Shown here: positions 49,220-60,633 of the stretch, in pieces | How positions within the stretch are numbered: position 1 is the stretch's first letter | How the letters are laid out: every line of letters begins with the position of its first letter | Source of the DNA: a virus | Strand: one strand, 5' to 3' | Virus record (IMG/VR): IMGVR_UViG_3300045988_086557 | DNA: 64,000 bases | The notes under the pieces: generated by a model | Told to the model about the DNA's origin: nothing | Seen by the model: the letters and a program-made list of their open reading frames with translations, nothing else | The model's database searches: none | Translations under genes and position numbers: made by a program

Positions 49220-50384
49220 ACAAGAGGAAGGATTGCGCATTGCAATAGATAGATATAATCACAACGAGCCCTATACTGTAATAGCGGGTTACGCAGGTAC
49301 TGGAAAAAGTACCTTGATTAATTTTATTATAGCAGCTCTTGAGGTAGATCCAGAAGAAGAAGTTGCATATATTACTTTTACAGGAAAAGCCTCAGAGGTA
49401 TTGCGAGAAAAAGGTTGCCATAATGCTATGACCGCGCATAAATTGTTATATTATAGTAAGCAAATGCCAAATGGTAAATTTTTCTATAAACCAAGGACTG
49501 TTCTTGAAAAGCCTTATAGAGTAATTGTTGTAGATGAAGTAAGTATGCTTCCTAAAGATATGTGGGATTTGCTTTTAAGTCATAATATCTATGTAATAGC
49601 TTGCGGAGATCCTTTTCAGATTCCTCCAATAGATAAGAAACAAGATAATCATATTTTGGATAATCCGCATATTTTTCTTGATGAAGTAATGCGTCAAGCA
49701 AAAGAAAGTGATATTATTTGCCTTAGCATGGATATTAGAGAAGGAAAGAGATTATCTCCTTTTAGCGGTCATGATGCTCAAGTTTTTAAGAAAAATGATC
49801 TGTGCGATGGAATGTATTTTTGGGCAGACTAGATTCTTGTATCTACCAATAAAAGTAGACATGATATTAATTCTTATATTAGAGATGATTTAGGCAGAGG
49901 ATTTGAGCCAGAAATAGACGATAAGATTATTTGTTTGCGGAACTGTTGGGATACTTGCTCTGAAAAACATGAAAATCCACTCATAAATGGCTCTGTTGGA
50001 TATATTAAAACTAAAAGAATGGAATCTATTGATTATATCCTCGCTGGAAAGTTAGTATCTGCTCCTGTTTTATTTGCAGATATTGAAACAACAAATGATA
50101 CATATAGAGAAGTTGGTATTGACTATACCGCTTTAACTACTGGAGAAAAGTTTTTTACTCCTCAACAAGAATATTTAATTAGGAGAAATAAAGAAAATCC
50201 AGATCTCCCTATTGAGTTTAATTTTGGTTATGCAATTACTGGACATAGAGCGCAAGGTTCACAATGGGATAAGGTTTTAGTATTAGAAGAATCATTTCCA
50301 TTTGATAAAATTGAACACGCTAGATGGATATATACTACAGTTACAAGGGCCATTGAAAAACTTACATTGATATTAAAGAATTAA
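49203..50384 (+). CDS. Dda/RecD-like SF1 helicase; 1 in-frame TAG (49830)
   Basis: ORF-track 49188..49832 and 49935..50384 same frame; Walker A AGYAGTGKST; motif VI AITGHRAQGSQWDKV. Confidence 0.6.
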
Positions 50385-50395
50385 TATGCTATAAT
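50367..50395 (+). promoter_or_regulatory. promoter TTGATA-17-TATAAT (TGCTATAAT)
   Basis: upstream of polymerase gene. Confidence 0.5.
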
Positions 50396-50427
50396 GTAAG
50401 TATAAAGAAAATAAGAGAGGTATAATT

Positions 50428-53400
50428 ATGGGTATGTACTTTAACAATCATGCGCATACGGAGTTTAGTAACTTGCGTTTGCTAGATTGTATAAATAAAC
50501 CTGAGGCACTGATTGATAAAGCTATTGAAGTCGGATTGACGGGAATTGCTATCACAGACCACGAAAGCCTTTCGGCGCATATGAGAGTAAATAAATATGC
50601 AAAGAAAATTAGGGAGCAAAATCCCGATTTTACGATTGCATTAGGAAATGAGATTTATTTAACTGATACAAGAGATTTAGGACAAAAGTATTATCACTTT
50701 ATCCTAATCGCGAAAGATAAAGAAGGATATAGAGGACTAAAGGAGTTATCCTCTATTGCTTGGATGAATGGATATTATGACCGTAGAATGGAACGCGTTC
50801 CTTTGCTTAAATCTGAGCTTAAAGATGTAATGCAGAGATTTAAGGGTCATATTATTGGGACTACTGCTTGTATTGGTGGAGAACTTGGTAGTTCCATTTT
50901 AAATCTTCATAATTGTGAAGAAATTAAAGATGAAATTAACGCACAGAGATACCATAATCAAATTGTTGATTTTATGACATTCTGCATTGATGTATTTGGT
51001 AAAGATGATTTTTACATTGAATGTGCTCCCGCTTCTTATCCAGATCAAATTATCGCAAATAAAAGAATGTTAAGTATCTCTGAGGCTTTTAATATAAATA
51101 TGTGTATTGGAACAGATGCGCATTACTTAACAAAAGAAGATAGATATGTTCATAAAGCGTATCTTAATTCTAAGGGTGGAGAACGAGAGGTTGATAGTTT
51201 CTATGAGTTTACTCATTTGATGGATGAACAAGAAACTAGAGAACTTCTTAGATTGAGTTATGACGAAGGCATAATTGATTGGATTTTTAAATGCTCAAAC
51301 GAAATGAAAGATAAAATTGAATTTTATTCTCTTGAACGTCATCAATCAATTCCAGAAGTAGAAGTAACAGATTATAAAAAAGGGTTTGTACCATATCAGT
51401 GGGAAGATAAATATCCTGTTCTATCTAGTTTGATTTGGAGCGATAATATTCAAGAAAGATATTGGGTAAATGAATGTATTATTGCTTTGCAGAAAAAAGG
51501 TTTATTTAATGATCCTAGATATCTTGAAAGATTAGAAGAAGAAGCAAGAGTAAAGAGAGTGATTGGAGAAAAACTAGGAACTTGTATGTTCGCATATCCA
51601 AATACTCTAAAACACTATGTAGATTTGTTCTGGAATTGCGGAAGTACCGTAGGCGCGGGGCGAGGATCAGCTTGTGCTGCTTTGAACCATTATCTTCTTG
51701 GAATCACTCAACTAGATCCCATTGAATGGGATCTTCCTTTCTGGCGCTATATTAACGATGAAAGAACTGAACTTGGTGATATTGACCTAGATTTGGCACC
51801 ATCAAAAATTCAAAAGATTTTCGCGGAGATTAGAAAAGAACGAGGAGAACTTGGCTTAGTACAAGTTTGTACTTTTGGCACAGAAGGAACTAAATCTGCG
51901 ATTTTAACAGCTTGTCGAGGCTATCGTTCAGAAGATTATCCTGATGGAATTGATGTAGATATGGCTCAATATATGAGTTCTCTTATTCCACAAGAAAGAG
52001 GTTTCTTATGGCCTATTGAGGATGTAGTTAATGGTAATCCAGAAAAAGGTCGTAAACCTGTTACAGTTTTTGTAAATACTGTGAATCAGTATCCTGGATT
52101 ATTAGATATTATTACTAGAATACAAGGACTAGTAAATAAACGTTCGAGTCATGCTTCTGGAGTAATCTTATTTGATCAAAATATTTTTGATACAGCCGCA
52201 GTAATGAGAACTCCAAAAGGAGCATTAATTACTCAATGGGATCTTCATGATCAAGAAGCCGCTGGATCTGTCAAGTATGATTTCTTGCTTACAGCAGTAC
52301 AGGATATTATTATTCAAACTATTGAGCTATTGCAAAAAGATGGCGCTATTGAAAAAGATTTAACATTGCGTGAAGTCTATAATAAATACCTCCATCCATC
52401 TGTCCTCCCACAAGACGATAAAAAAATGTGGGATGCTCTTGCCAATGGAGATGTTCTTGGCTGTTTCCAATTTGATTCTAGTGTTGGTGCTCAAGCAGCA
52501 AAAAAGATTAAGCCTCAAAATCCGCACGAAATGGCGGACGCTAATGGATTGATGAGACTAATGACTGCGGAAAAGGGTGCAGAAACTCCAATGGAGAAGT
52601 ATGTTCGTTTTAAAAATAATATTTCTCTTTGGTATAAAGAAATGGATCAGCAGGGTTTAACAAAAGAAGAACAAAAAATTCTTGAACCTCATTTCTTACG
52701 TTCTTATGGTGTGCCTCCCAGCCAAGAACAAATGATGACTATGCTTCAAGACCCAAATATTTGTGGATTTACGTTAGCTGAAGCTAATACTGCAAGAAAA
52801 ATAGTTGGTAAGAAGCAAATGAACAAAATTCCAGAATTAAGAGAAAAAGTTTTAAATTCTGCAAAGTCTCCAGCATTAGGACAATATGTATGGAATTATG
52901 GCATCGGCCCGCAAATGGGCTATAGTTTCTCTATTATCCATGCTCTTGCTTATAGCTTTATTGGTATGCAAACTCTTTATCTTGCTACCCATTTTAATCC
53001 AGTATATTGGAATACAGCATATCTTATTGTCAATAGCGGTGCCATTAATGAAGAAGAAGGAGAACAATCAGATTATACCAAGATTGCTAAAGCCATTGGA
53101 GAAATTCGTAATGCTGGTATAAAAGTGTCTTTGGTTGACATTAATCATTCTGATTTTGGTTTTAAACCAGATGTTGAACATAATCAAATCTTGTTTGGTT
53201 TAAAAGGGTTATCTAATGTAAACAATGATTTAATTAAAACCATTGTTGATAATCGCCCCTATGTATCTTTAATTGATTTCTTTAATAAAGTACATCCAAA
53301 TAAACAAGCAATGATTTCTTTAATTAAGGGCGGAGGATTTGATCAGTTTCATCCTAGGATGGAAGCAATGATTCAATATATATGGATTACCTGTGATAAA

Positions 53401-54309
53401 AAGAAAAGAATTACTTTACAAAATCTACCTGGGTTAATGAGATATAATCTCATTCCTGATGATGAAAAATTTGTAATGCCCAAAAGAGTTTACGAATTTA
53501 ATAGATATTTAAAGGCAGAATGTAAAGACCCATATAATGCAGGTAAGTATAAGCTAGATGAAAGAGCAATAACTTTCTTAGTTGAAATTGATTGCGAAAA
53601 ACTGCTTGAAACAGATAATTTAATTTGGTATATTGATATAAAATCTTGGGATAAGGTTTATCAAAGTTACATGGATGTATTTAGAGCATGGATTGCAGAA
53701 AACAAAGAAAAGATTTTAGATGACTTAAATACTACAATCTTTATGGAAGATTGGAAGAAATATGCTTCTGGTAATATTTCTTCTTGGGAAATGGAATCTT
53801 TGTGCTTTTATTATCATGACCATGAATTATCAAATATCAACAATAGTAAGTATGGTTTTGTAGACTTCTTTAGTTTACCAGAAGAACCTCAGGTAGATAA
53901 GGTATTTAAAAAGGGTGCTTCATTAATTCCTATCTATAAGCTACATAAGATTTGTGGAACTTGTATTGCAAAAAATAAAGTAAAAAGTACGGTATATCTT
54001 CTTACCACCACTGGAGTTGTAGCGGTTAAGTTTAGACAAGAATACTTCGCGTTGTTTGATAAGCAAACTTTCCAGAGAAACGAAGATGGCACAAAAAAGG
54101 TCATAGAAAAATCATGGTTTAATAGAGGTAATATGATTGTTGTGCAGGGAATTAGACGCGGAGATGAATTTGTAACAAAGAAATATGCAAGTTCTGGAGG
54201 TCATCAACTTTATCACATTGATGAAATTGTCAATGGTACAGACTTAATTTTAAGAAGTGAAAGAAAACAAGGAGAAGAAGAGGATGAAGATAGTAGCGTT
54301 AATGGGTGA
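50428..54309 (+). CDS. DNA polymerase III alpha subunit (PHP + polymerase core), 1293 aa with no TAG
   Basis: N-terminal PHP HAHTEFS; large intact ORF; TGA stop. Confidence 0.75.
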   Translation: MGMYFNNHAHTEFSNLRLLDCINKPEALIDKAIEVGLTGIAITDHESLSAHMRVNKYAKKIREQNPDFTIALGNEIYLTDTRDLGQKYYHFILIAKDKEGYRGLKELSSIAWMNGYYDRRMERVPLLKSELKDVMQRFKGHIIGTTACIGGELGSSILNLHNCEEIKDEINAQRYHNQIVDFMTFCIDVFGKDDFYIECAPASYPDQIIANKRMLSISEAFNINMCIGTDAHYLTKEDRYVHKAYLNSKGGEREVDSFYEFTHLMDEQETRELLRLSYDEGIIDWIFKCSNEMKDKIEFYSLERHQSIPEVEVTDYKKGFVPYQWEDKYPVLSSLIWSDNIQERYWVNECIIALQKKGLFNDPRYLERLEEEARVKRVIGEKLGTCMFAYPNTLKHYVDLFWNCGSTVGAGRGSACAALNHYLLGITQLDPIEWDLPFWRYINDERTELGDIDLDLAPSKIQKIFAEIRKERGELGLVQVCTFGTEGTKSAILTACRGYRSEDYPDGIDVDMAQYMSSLIPQERGFLWPIEDVVNGNPEKGRKPVTVFVNTVNQYPGLLDIITRIQGLVNKRSSHASGVILFDQNIFDTAAVMRTPKGALITQWDLHDQEAAGSVKYDFLLTAVQDIIIQTIELLQKDGAIEKDLTLREVYNKYLHPSVLPQDDKKMWDALANGDVLGCFQFDSSVGAQAAKKIKPQNPHEMADANGLMRLMTAEKGAETPMEKYVRFKNNISLWYKEMDQQGLTKEEQKILEPHFLRSYGVPPSQEQMMTMLQDPNICGFTLAEANTARKIVGKKQMNKIPELREKVLNSAKSPALGQYVWNYGIGPQMGYSFSIIHALAYSFIGMQTLYLATHFNPVYWNTAYLIVNSGAINEEEGEQSDYTKIAKAIGEIRNAGIKVSLVDINHSDFGFKPDVEHNQILFGLKGLSNVNNDLIKTIVDNRPYVSLIDFFNKVHPNKQAMISLIKGGGFDQFHPRMEAMIQYIWITCDKKKRITLQNLPGLMRYNLIPDDEKFVMPKRVYEFNRYLKAECKDPYNAGKYKLDERAITFLVEIDCEKLLETDNLIWYIDIKSWDKVYQSYMDVFRAWIAENKEKILDDLNTTIFMEDWKKYASGNISSWEMESLCFYYHDHELSNINNSKYGFVDFFSLPEEPQVDKVFKKGASLIPIYKLHKICGTCIAKNKVKSTVYLLTTTGVVAVKFRQEYFALFDKQTFQRNEDGTKKVIEKSWFNRGNMIVVQGIRRGDEFVTKKYASSGGHQLYHIDEIVNGTDLILRSERKQGEEEDEDSSVNG

Positions 54310-54829
54310 AGCAGGAAGTGGGAAGGATACTATTCTCCATAGTATTATGGAGAAATATCCTTCTTATTTCAATGAAATTATCAGTTGTACTACACGCCCT
54401 CCGCGAGAAGGGGAAAAAGAAGGAGTTAATTATTATTTTCTATCTATTGATGAATTTACAAAAAAAGTTCTTAATGGAGATATGCTAGAAGCAACAGAAT
54501 TTAATGATTGGCATTATGGTACAGATAGAAAAAGTCTAACAATAGACAAAATAAATATAGGGGTCTTTAACCCTGAAGGAGTAAGATGTCTGCAAGAAGA
54601 TGACAATATTGAGCTTTATGTATTTTATGTGCGGGCCGCGGGTAAATAGAGATTATTAAGATAGTTAAATAGAGAAGAAAATCCTGACGTAAATGAAATT
54701 ATTAGAAGATACAAAGCAGATGCGGAAGACTTTCATTTCCTTGATGATATAAAATATAAAACTCTTAAAAACGACACCTTAGAAGATATTGATGTCGCTG
54801 TTGATACTATATTTGGACAATTTTATTAA
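54284..54829 (+). CDS. gmk: guanylate kinase; 2 in-frame TAG
   Basis: GEAGSGKDT P-loop; TTRPPREGE; overlaps polymerase 3' end; continues past TAG 54647 to TAA 54827-54829. Confidence 0.55.
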
Positions 54830-54897
54830 ACAATTATATCTTAAATTACAATATATAGTGTTCAACTAAAAATTTTATACAAGGAGTTGTTTTATAT

Positions 54898-57111
54898 ATG
54901 CTTCAAGTAAGAAAGAGAAATGGTATCCTAGTACCATTTGATAAAGAGCGTATTATTAACGCTATAAATAAAGCTTTCATCGAAGTTGATGGGGCATTAT
55001 ATGAAGATGATACAGCAAATGATATTGCAGATGAAATTAAGTATGCTGTAAAAACATCTGATGATGTAGTTTCCGTTGAAAAAATTCAAGATATGGTTGA
55101 AGATTATCTTATGAAATCTGAACGTAGAGACGTAGCCAAAGAATATATTAGATATAGATATAAAAGAGAGATTGCAAGAAAAGGCCAAGATGATTTTATT
55201 AAAGCCTTTTCTGCAAAGATTCAAGGTTCTGATATTGAAAACCAAAATGCCAATGTAGATGAAATGTCATTTGGCGGACGAGTTGGAGCAGCGTCAGATT
55301 TACAAATGAAAAGGTATGCTCTTGATTATTTAGTTTCTAATAAATCACGAGTAAATCATGAAAATAATAGAATTTATATTCATGATTTAAATGCTTATGC
55401 TGTAGGTATGCACAACTGTCTTTCTATTCCTTTCGATGATTTACTTGAAAAGGGATTTAATACTAGACAAACTGATGTGCGCCCCGCGGGTTCTGTAAAT
55501 ACCGCTTTCCAGCTTGTTGCAGTTATTTTCCAACTACAGAGTTTACAACAATTTGGTGGAGTATCTGCTACTCACTTGGATTGGACTATGGTTCCATATG
55601 TACGAAAGAGTTTTTATAAACATTTTAATGATGGACTTGTTTATGTTGAACATACTTTATCTATGGATGATAGATTAAATTCTACTCTTCCTATTGATAG
55701 TGAAATATATAAAGAATACCCAAATGCGTATCAATATGCTATAGATATGACAGAAAGAGAGACTCATCAAGCAGTTGAAGGTATGTATCATAATTTAAAT
55801 ACTTTGTAGTCTCGATCTGGAAATCAATTACCTTTTACTTCTATTAACTATGGTACTTGTACTCTTCCAGAAGGGAGAATGGTAATTAAGGCTTTACTTG
55901 AAGTTTCTATTGAGGGACTTGGTAGACTTCACAAAACTTCTATTTTCCCTTGTGGCATCTTTCAATGTGCAAAAGGAATTAATCGAGCTCCTGGTGATCC
56001 CAATTATGATTTATTCAGAATCGCTTTAAAATCTACTGCTTTAAGATTATATCCCAATTATGCCAATGTTGATTGGAGCGGAAATGCAGGATATGATAAA
56101 AATGATCCTAAGACATACTTCTCTACTATGGGTTGTAGAACTGCGAATGGGTTCGACATTAATGGATTAGGCCAACAAAAAGATGGTCGTGGAAATATTT
56201 GTCCAGTAACAATTATTATGCCAACATTGGCTATGGAGGCTAAAAAGTATTGGGAAACCATGCCAAGCGGAGACGACTCTTGTGTTGAAACTTTTATTGA
56301 TTTCTTAGATCAAGCTATAAATGATGCTAAAGATATGCTTCTTGAGAGATTTGAGTATATTTGTTCTCAACCCGCGGAATCCGCGAAATTCATGTATGAA
56401 AACGGCTTAATGGCTGGATATGATGGAATTTCTACTCGAAGCGCTTTAAAACATGGAACTTTAGCTATGGGACAACTTGGATTAGCTGAAACTCTACAAA
56501 TTCTTATTGGTAAAGACCATACCACAGAAGAGGGAATGAAGTTAGCTAAGCGTATTGAGCAATTATTCAAAGATAGATGTGCTGAGTATAAAGAAAAATA
56601 TCAACTAAATTTCGGAGTATATTTTACTCCAGCCGAGAATTTATGTTATACAGCTATGACTAAATTTAAAAATAAATACGGAATTATTCCAAATGTAAGT
56701 GATAAAGAATACTTTACTAACTCTATTCATGTTCCTGTATGGAAACAAATGTCCCCTTTTGATAAGATTGATATTGAATCCCAATTAACTGGCTACTCTT
56801 CTGCCGGTTGTATCACTTATGTTGAACTTGATAGTGGTATGGAGAATAATATTGATGCATTAGAGACTTTAGTTAATTATGCTATGAATCATGATATTCC
56901 ATATTTTGCAATTAATGTCCCTAATGATACTTGCTTAAAATGTGGTTATACTGGTGAATTTAATGATAAGTGTCCAATGTGTGGTAGTGAAGATATTCAA
57001 CAGTTAAGACGCGTAACAGGATATCTTACTGGAAATTATAAAACAGCCTTTAATAAAGGAAAAGTAGCCGAAACACAAGCGAGAATTAAACACGTGGGGT
57101 ATATGGAATGA
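54898..57111 (+). CDS. nrdD: anaerobic ribonucleoside-triphosphate reductase; 1 in-frame TAG (55807)
   Basis: ATP-cone N-term; LNTL[TAG]SRSGNQLPFTSINYG matches NrdD LNTMHSRAGAQVPFSSINYG; C-terminal Zn ribbon CLKCGY...CPMCGS and glycyl radical RVTGYL. Confidence 0.7.
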
Positions 57112-57581
57112 AGTATGCAGGTATTATAAAAAATGACTTTTCTGCCGCACCTGGAGTGTCTTTGAGTTTTTTTACATAGGGATGTCCTCATAGATGTCAA
57201 GGTTGCCACAATCAAGAGACTTGGGATTTTAATGGAGGAAAAGAATTTACCCATGAAACCCTTAATTCAATCTTAGAAGGGCTTACTGCAAATGGAGTTA
57301 AAAGAACTCTATGTATTATGGGCGGCGAGCCACTATGTCCAGAAAATACATTTCTAACTCATTTGGTAATACAAACCGCAAAAGAAACAATTCCTGATTT
57401 AAAGGTTTATTTATGGACTGGATACTTGTATGAAGATTTAAAAAATTCAACAGATACAGTTATTTAGAATATATTCCAATTAGTTGATGTGCTAATTGAT
57501 GGGCCATATATTGAACATGAAAGAGATATTACGGAACCTCTTAGAGGAAGCCGCAATCAAAAAATAATTTATCTAAAATGA
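57108..57581 (+). CDS. nrdG: anaerobic RNR activating enzyme (radical SAM); 2 in-frame TAG
   Basis: ATGA overlap; FFT[TAG]GCPHRCQGCHN = FxQGC + CxxxCxxC motif. Confidence 0.65.
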
Positions 57582-58120
57582 ACTTTGTAAAGAGTATTTT
57601 AGGAGGATTAATGATAGCAATAGCTAGCTATATCTACTTATCTGTTGGAGGTATAGTTGGAGCTATTATGTTTTCCATTGGCCTACTGACTATATTAAAT
57701 ATGTAGTTTAAATTATTTACAGGTTCAGTTGGTTATATCAAGAGCAAAAATGATATAAAAGATAACTTCATTATTTTAATAGGAAATATTATTGGAGCGT
57801 GCGGGATCTTAGCCTTTCCGCACGCAGCCGCCCTATCTCTAGTCTCTGCTAAGATCGCGATCCCACTATATTTAGTTTTCTTAAAGGGGATAGTTTGCGG
57901 CATATTTATATATTCAGCAGTATCCTCGTTTAAAAGAAATAAAGATTATATGGTGCCAGTCTGCGTAACAGGTTTTATATTATTCGGCGGAGAACACTGT
58001 ATTGCCGATCTTTGTTACGCCCTGGCCGCAGGCGTATTTTCTATTGATATAGTATTATTTTTAATAGTAGTTACAATAGGCAATGCTATTGGTGCAATTA
58101 TTGTTGACAGAATAAAATAA
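57578..58120 (+). CDS. polytopic membrane protein; 1 in-frame TAG
   Basis: ATGA overlap; 5-6 TM helices. Confidence 0.4.
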
Positions 58121-58121
58121 T

Positions 58122-58132
58122 TATGATATTAT
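58122..58132 (+). promoter_or_regulatory. promoter TATGATATTAT
   Basis: motif family. Confidence 0.45.
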
Positions 58133-58156
58133 ATTAAAAGAAATGGAGGACTAGAT

Positions 58157-58495
58157 ATGACTTTATACGAGCTAAATCAAGCGGGATATGCCTCCCTTCC
58201 AAAAATGACGAAGGCTGAATTAGAGAAAGCTAAAGAAAATATTATCACATTCTTAGATTCCAATGATTCTAGATATTATATGATGCTTAATCACGATAAT
58301 AAATATTTTACTTTATTTACCTATGAAAACGATGTAAATAAAAATAAAATGGCAAGCGAGATTATTTCTGTTTCTAAGACACTTGGAGAAATCAAGGCAA
58401 TAGAAATAAATGGAAATATTGTAGAAATTTGGATTTTACATGGAGAGAAATGTGATATGTATGCGTTCTTTGATTATACAAAAGGGGTGATATAG
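58157..58495 (+). CDS. hypothetical protein
   Basis: RBS AATGGAGGA. Confidence 0.4.
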   Translation: MTLYELNQAGYASLPKMTKAELEKAKENIITFLDSNDSRYYMMLNHDNKYFTLFTYENDVNKNKMASEIISVSKTLGEIKAIEINGNIVEIWILHGEKCDMYAFFDYTKGVI

Positions 58496-58497
58496 GT

Positions 58498-58764
58498 ATG
58501 ACAAATGCTATTATTGTAAATTATGATCCATTTGCTATGGAATCTGCTGTATATGTTGTTGATGATGGACTACAAAAACAAATGAAAGTATGCTCTGATA
58601 TTAATGGATTAGCTGAAGCGCTTGTAGGAATTGCTTATGGAAATGGAATATATAGTATACAAGTTCATGCTCCTTTTGCAATAACAGGAGAAATCAATAA
58701 ACTTGTAAATGATTTGGAAAAAAATATGTATTCAAATAGTAAAATTACAGTTGAGGGAATTTAA
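58498..58764 (+). CDS. hypothetical protein
   Basis: RBS AAGGGGTGA. Confidence 0.4.
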   Translation: MTNAIIVNYDPFAMESAVYVVDDGLQKQMKVCSDINGLAEALVGIAYGNGIYSIQVHAPFAITGEINKLVNDLEKNMYSNSKITVEGI

Positions 58765-58765
58765 T

Positions 58766-59008
58766 ATGTTTTATAATTTAAAGTCTACAAATACTTATAG
58801 GGTGCCTACTGTAGAAGATGCTCTTAGATTGCGCAAATGGTTAGAAAAAACCTCGGTAGGAGAATTAACTTCATTTAAATACACTACTAAATATATTAAG
58901 CAAAAAGGTGAAATAGTTGAAGAGTATCAACTCGTCACTGCCACTATTACTATTGACAACGAGAAAGAACCAGAAGGCATTATGCCAATTACTATTATGG
59001 AGGAATAA
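58766..59008 (+). CDS. hypothetical protein
   Basis: RBS GAGGGAAT; ORF track 58709. Confidence 0.35.
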   Translation: MFYNLKSTNTYRVPTVEDALRLRKWLEKTSVGELTSFKYTTKYIKQKGEIVEEYQLVTATITIDNEKEPEGIMPITIMEE

Positions 59009-59009
59009 T

Positions 59010-59576
59010 ATGGGTGTATATTTTGAGAAAGTGAGTCGCTTTAATGACATTGATCTACCTATTCCAACCCGCGCGACCGCCAATTCCGCAGGTTATGATT
59101 TCGTAGTCGCAGAAGATACAGTTCTACCTCCAATGAATTTTTTAACTTCTAAAATTCAAGACCATATTTTTGAAAAAGATAGTGACAAGGATTTTTATGG
59201 ATTTGTGAGCCCTTTTACTCTTGATGATATGGCCAATCTTACTAAAGAATTAAAGTCTAAGATTACTCTTGTATCAACAGGAATGAAATGTCATTTAAAT
59301 CCTGGTCAATATCTTGAATTAAGTGTTCGCAGTTCTACTCCTCTTAAACATTGGATTATTTGCGGAAATAGCGTTGGTATTATTGATGCCGATTATTGTG
59401 ATAATCCAGATAATGAAGGAGAGATCTTTTTCCAGCTTGTTAATTTATCTCCTTTTGCTATTCAGTTAAAGCGTGGAGATAAAATTGGACAAGGAATTAT
59501 TAAGAGTTATCAAATTACTGATGACGATAATGCAACTGGAGAAAGACTCGGTGGATTCGGAAGCACATCTAAATGA
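59010..59576 (+). CDS. dut: dUTPase
   Basis: RBS GGAGGAATAATA; ATANSAGYDF, LSVRSSTPLKH, GIIDADY motifs. Confidence 0.65.
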   Translation: MGVYFEKVSRFNDIDLPIPTRATANSAGYDFVVAEDTVLPPMNFLTSKIQDHIFEKDSDKDFYGFVSPFTLDDMANLTKELKSKITLVSTGMKCHLNPGQYLELSVRSSTPLKHWIICGNSVGIIDADYCDNPDNEGEIFFQLVNLSPFAIQLKRGDKIGQGIIKSYQITDDDNATGERLGGFGSTSK

Positions 59577-60052
59577 GTAATCTATTATCACTCGATTAGA
59601 GTTCGAAGATTACCGGATATGCGGTCTTTGAAGATAATAAGTTAAAAACTTTTGGTAAATTTGCTGTTGAAGATAATAATATAGATACTAGATTAGTAAA
59701 AATAAGATAGAAGATTAAAGATCTTATTGAATAGTATCATATAGATGAAGTAGTTTTTGAAGATATATAGTAGTAGAATAATATTTCTAATAATGTTTAG
59801 ACTTTTAAGATTTTAGCAGAAGTATATGGGGTAGTTTCTGAATTACTAGAACAAGAAAAAATTCCCCATTCTTCTATTTTAGCAGTAACATGGAAATCTT
59901 TATTGGGTATAAAAGGAAAAACTCGACCAGAGTAGAAAAAAAATGCTCAGAATTATGTTTTTTATAATTATGGGGAAAAACCCACACAGGATGAAAGTGA
60001 CGCTGTTTGTATCGGCCTTGCGCATATTAAATAGCATCAATGCGCTTGGTAA
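59573..60052 (+). CDS. ruvC: RuvC-like Holliday junction resolvase; 9 in-frame TAG incl. tandem TAG-TAG
   Basis: ATGA overlap; LSLD[TAG]SSKITGYAV, FEDI[TAG][TAG]NN, DESDAVCIGLAH catalytic motifs; invisible in ORF track. Confidence 0.55.
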
Positions 60053-60068
60053 TATTGGTCTAAATAAA

Positions 60069-60122
60069 AAAATCCTCCTTTCTTAACTTTAAAATAATTT
60101 GAGAAGTTAAGAAAGGAGGATT
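60069..60122 (+). promoter_or_regulatory. 20-bp perfect hairpin acting as terminator and sequestering the RBS of gene 60125
   Basis: AAATCCTCCTTTCTTAACTT / AAGTTAAGAAAGGAGGATTT; 3' arm contains AAGGAGG 8 nt before ATG 60125. Confidence 0.6.
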
Positions 60123-60124
60123 TC

Positions 60125-60556
60125 ATGTTTGCTTTTATTACAGAACATATAGTAGAAATTCTTTTTGGTCTAATTCCCGCCGGAGCGTTGGCTTTTTGTA
60201 GATACTTATATAAATAGTTAATGGTATATAAAAAAATGTTATAGGAAAAAGAAAATAATGATATAGTAGAACTTATTGACGAAAAATTAAAACCAATAGT
60301 AGAAGATATTGAAGAATTAAGAACATATATACGGAAAATAGAAGATAAAGAAAGACAAGATTTAACATTAATTATAGCTTCATATAGATTCAGACTTGTT
60401 TAGCTATGTAAAATATATATAAAGCAAGGATATATGACTCAAGATTAGTATGATCAACTAACAGAATTTTACAAACTATATCATTCTTTAGGTGGTAATG
60501 GACAAGCTAAAGAATATTATGAGAAAACCATGGAATTAGAAATTAGATCAGAATAA
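60125..60556 (+). CDS. hypothetical membrane-anchored protein; 4 in-frame TAG
   Basis: N-terminal TM; frame continuous to TAA 60554-60556. Confidence 0.4.
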
Positions 60557-60558
60557 AA

Positions 60559-60595
60559 AAAATGGGGAACTCACTTGAGTTCCCCATCCTTCTTT
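60559..60595. terminator. bidirectional terminator between convergent + and - gene sets
   Basis: GGGGAACTCA / TGAGTTCCCC flanked by A-run and T-run. Confidence 0.7.
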
Positions 60596-60633
60596 AAGCG
60601 ATTAAAAATAGAATTAGTCATATTTATTATTTC

